Shown: positions 25,207 through 25,918 of the stretch, piece by piece | How the letters are laid out: each line of letters opens with the position of its first letter | How positions within the stretch are numbered: position 1 is the stretch's first letter | Virus record (IMG/VR): IMGVR_UViG_3300046096_000140 | Coordinates: 1 to 25,918 of that record | Length of the DNA stretch: 25,918 nucleotides | Reading direction: 5' to 3' (one strand) | Source of the DNA: a virus | Lineage: Duplodnaviria; Caudoviricetes | Notes under the pieces: generated by a model | What the model saw: the letters and a program-made list of their open reading frames with translations, nothing else | Told to the model about the DNA's origin: nothing | Database searches by the model: none | Translations under genes and position numbers: made by a program

Positions 25207-25377
25207 ATGAAAATCTCTGACCTGAGACACCTTAAACTTCGTCGAAATGGTGCTATAGTCTCGGTTATTGGATTTCCCGTTACTCGTTCTATGGCGCATG
25301 CATACGCTTATATGGCGAATTTTCTACCAAACGACAAAATAAACTTGGTAAGATTGACTACAGATCAGATTCTGTGA
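25207..25377 (+). CDS. SDLP-family small protein 13 (MKISDLRH, 56 aa)
   Basis: Manual translation; DNA ATGAAAATCTCTGACCT identical to member 9; ends in the cassette TGA. Confidence 0.65.
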   Translation: MKISDLRHLKLRRNGAIVSVIGFPVTRSMAHAYAYMANFLPNDKINLVRLTTDQIL

Positions 25378-25419
25378 TACAATAGAACCATCGAAACAAA
25401 CCAAGGAACATTTATCATG
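25354..25419 (+). promoter_or_regulatory. Repeated early promoter+RBS cassette, copy 7
   Basis: TTGACTACAGATCAGATTCTGTGATACAATAGAACCATCGAAACAAACCAAGGAACATTTATCATG. Confidence 0.92.
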
Positions 25420-25788
25420 AAACACCCACACGCCGAATTGATGAAAGCCTATGCCGACGATTGCACTCTGAAATTTCAAATCAAAGAGCATTGGGGTTGG
25501 TCTGACTGCAATTCACCGCGATTCTTTAAAAATGTTGAATACCGAATCAAACCAGAAGAAGTGAAAATGATTCGTGTTGGTCGCCATGAATGGGAAGAAC
25601 CATTGAAAGAATTTCCTACCGTTGGAACGGTTTGGACATTCTCTTTTGAGCATCACTCTTTACAAGAAATTGTCGATCCGTGGTTCATTAGAAAGGCGAT
25701 AAGCGAAGGCACAGCCCATCGAACCAAAGAAGCTGCACGACAGCACCGAGAAGCTATGCAATGCATCAACCGTGGAGACATTGAATGA
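25417..25788 (+). CDS. Hypothetical phage protein
   Basis: HPHAELM..YA.D...W.....P.F....EYRIKP pattern common in phages. Confidence 0.8.
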   Translation: MKHPHAELMKAYADDCTLKFQIKEHWGWSDCNSPRFFKNVEYRIKPEEVKMIRVGRHEWEEPLKEFPTVGTVWTFSFEHHSLQEIVDPWFIRKAISEGTAHRTKEAARQHREAMQCINRGDIE

Positions 25789-25918
25789 CCTACCCAAAGA
25801 TCAAAGCATACAACTCTTACTACATCACAATTGGGGATTCTCTTGACGATGTTATTGAGTCACTAAGTTCTATTAAGAATGACATGACCGAAAGGGGCAT
25901 TACTACCGTAAAGATTGA
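25785..25918 (+). CDS. Hypothetical protein (partial, MTYPKIKAYNSYY...)
   Basis: ATGA overlap; open to the window end. Confidence 0.6.
   Translation, partial: MTYPKIKAYNSYYITIGDSLDDVIESLSSIKNDMTERGITTVKI

Noticed and set aside
15428-25377. Diversity-generating retroelement as the source of SDLP tail variation
   Set aside because: No reverse transcriptase in the window and no template/variable repeat pair differing only at adenines.
16772-25419. Promoter cassettes as CRISPR repeats, tRNAs or IS ends
   Set aside because: They are irregularly spaced, consist of -35/-10/RBS/ATG elements, and show no cloverleaf or terminal inverted repeats.
25772-25846. GTG-ETLNDLPKD, a possible 14th SDLP member
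   Set aside because: Only 24 codons with shifted motif spacing; the ATGA-coupled frame at 25785 is open to the window end and more plausible.

Overview
Fragment of a T4-like (Tevenvirinae/Kyanoviridae-type) myovirus genome. The left half (1-11858, minus strand) is a compact core module. In genome order it holds gp32 (partial; missing from the ORF track), gp59, an unknown gene, gp33, two unknown genes, gp46, gp47, gp55, gp5 (with an apparently VgrG3-type muramidase domain), an ADP-ribosyltransferase, a baseplate hub, gp53 and a frameshifted gp48. gp4 follows divergently. A ~300 bp non-coding palindromic element (12417-12716) carries two convergent sigma70-type promoters. The right half (plus strand) is an early/accessory region with a solo TnpB, dCMP deaminase, RNA ligase 1, a NinX/DUF2591-like gene and many small genes. 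Seven related promoter cassettes punctuate this region. The most striking observation is a family of 13 small ORFs (53-72 aa) that share only an N-terminal M-x-[ITVL]-[SNLG]-[DE]-L-[PR] motif followed by unrelated sequence. They form two tandem 5-gene arrays plus three singletons, and the conserved DNA motif usually also supplies the stop codon of the upstream gene. Family assignments come from motif recognition by eye; no searches were run.
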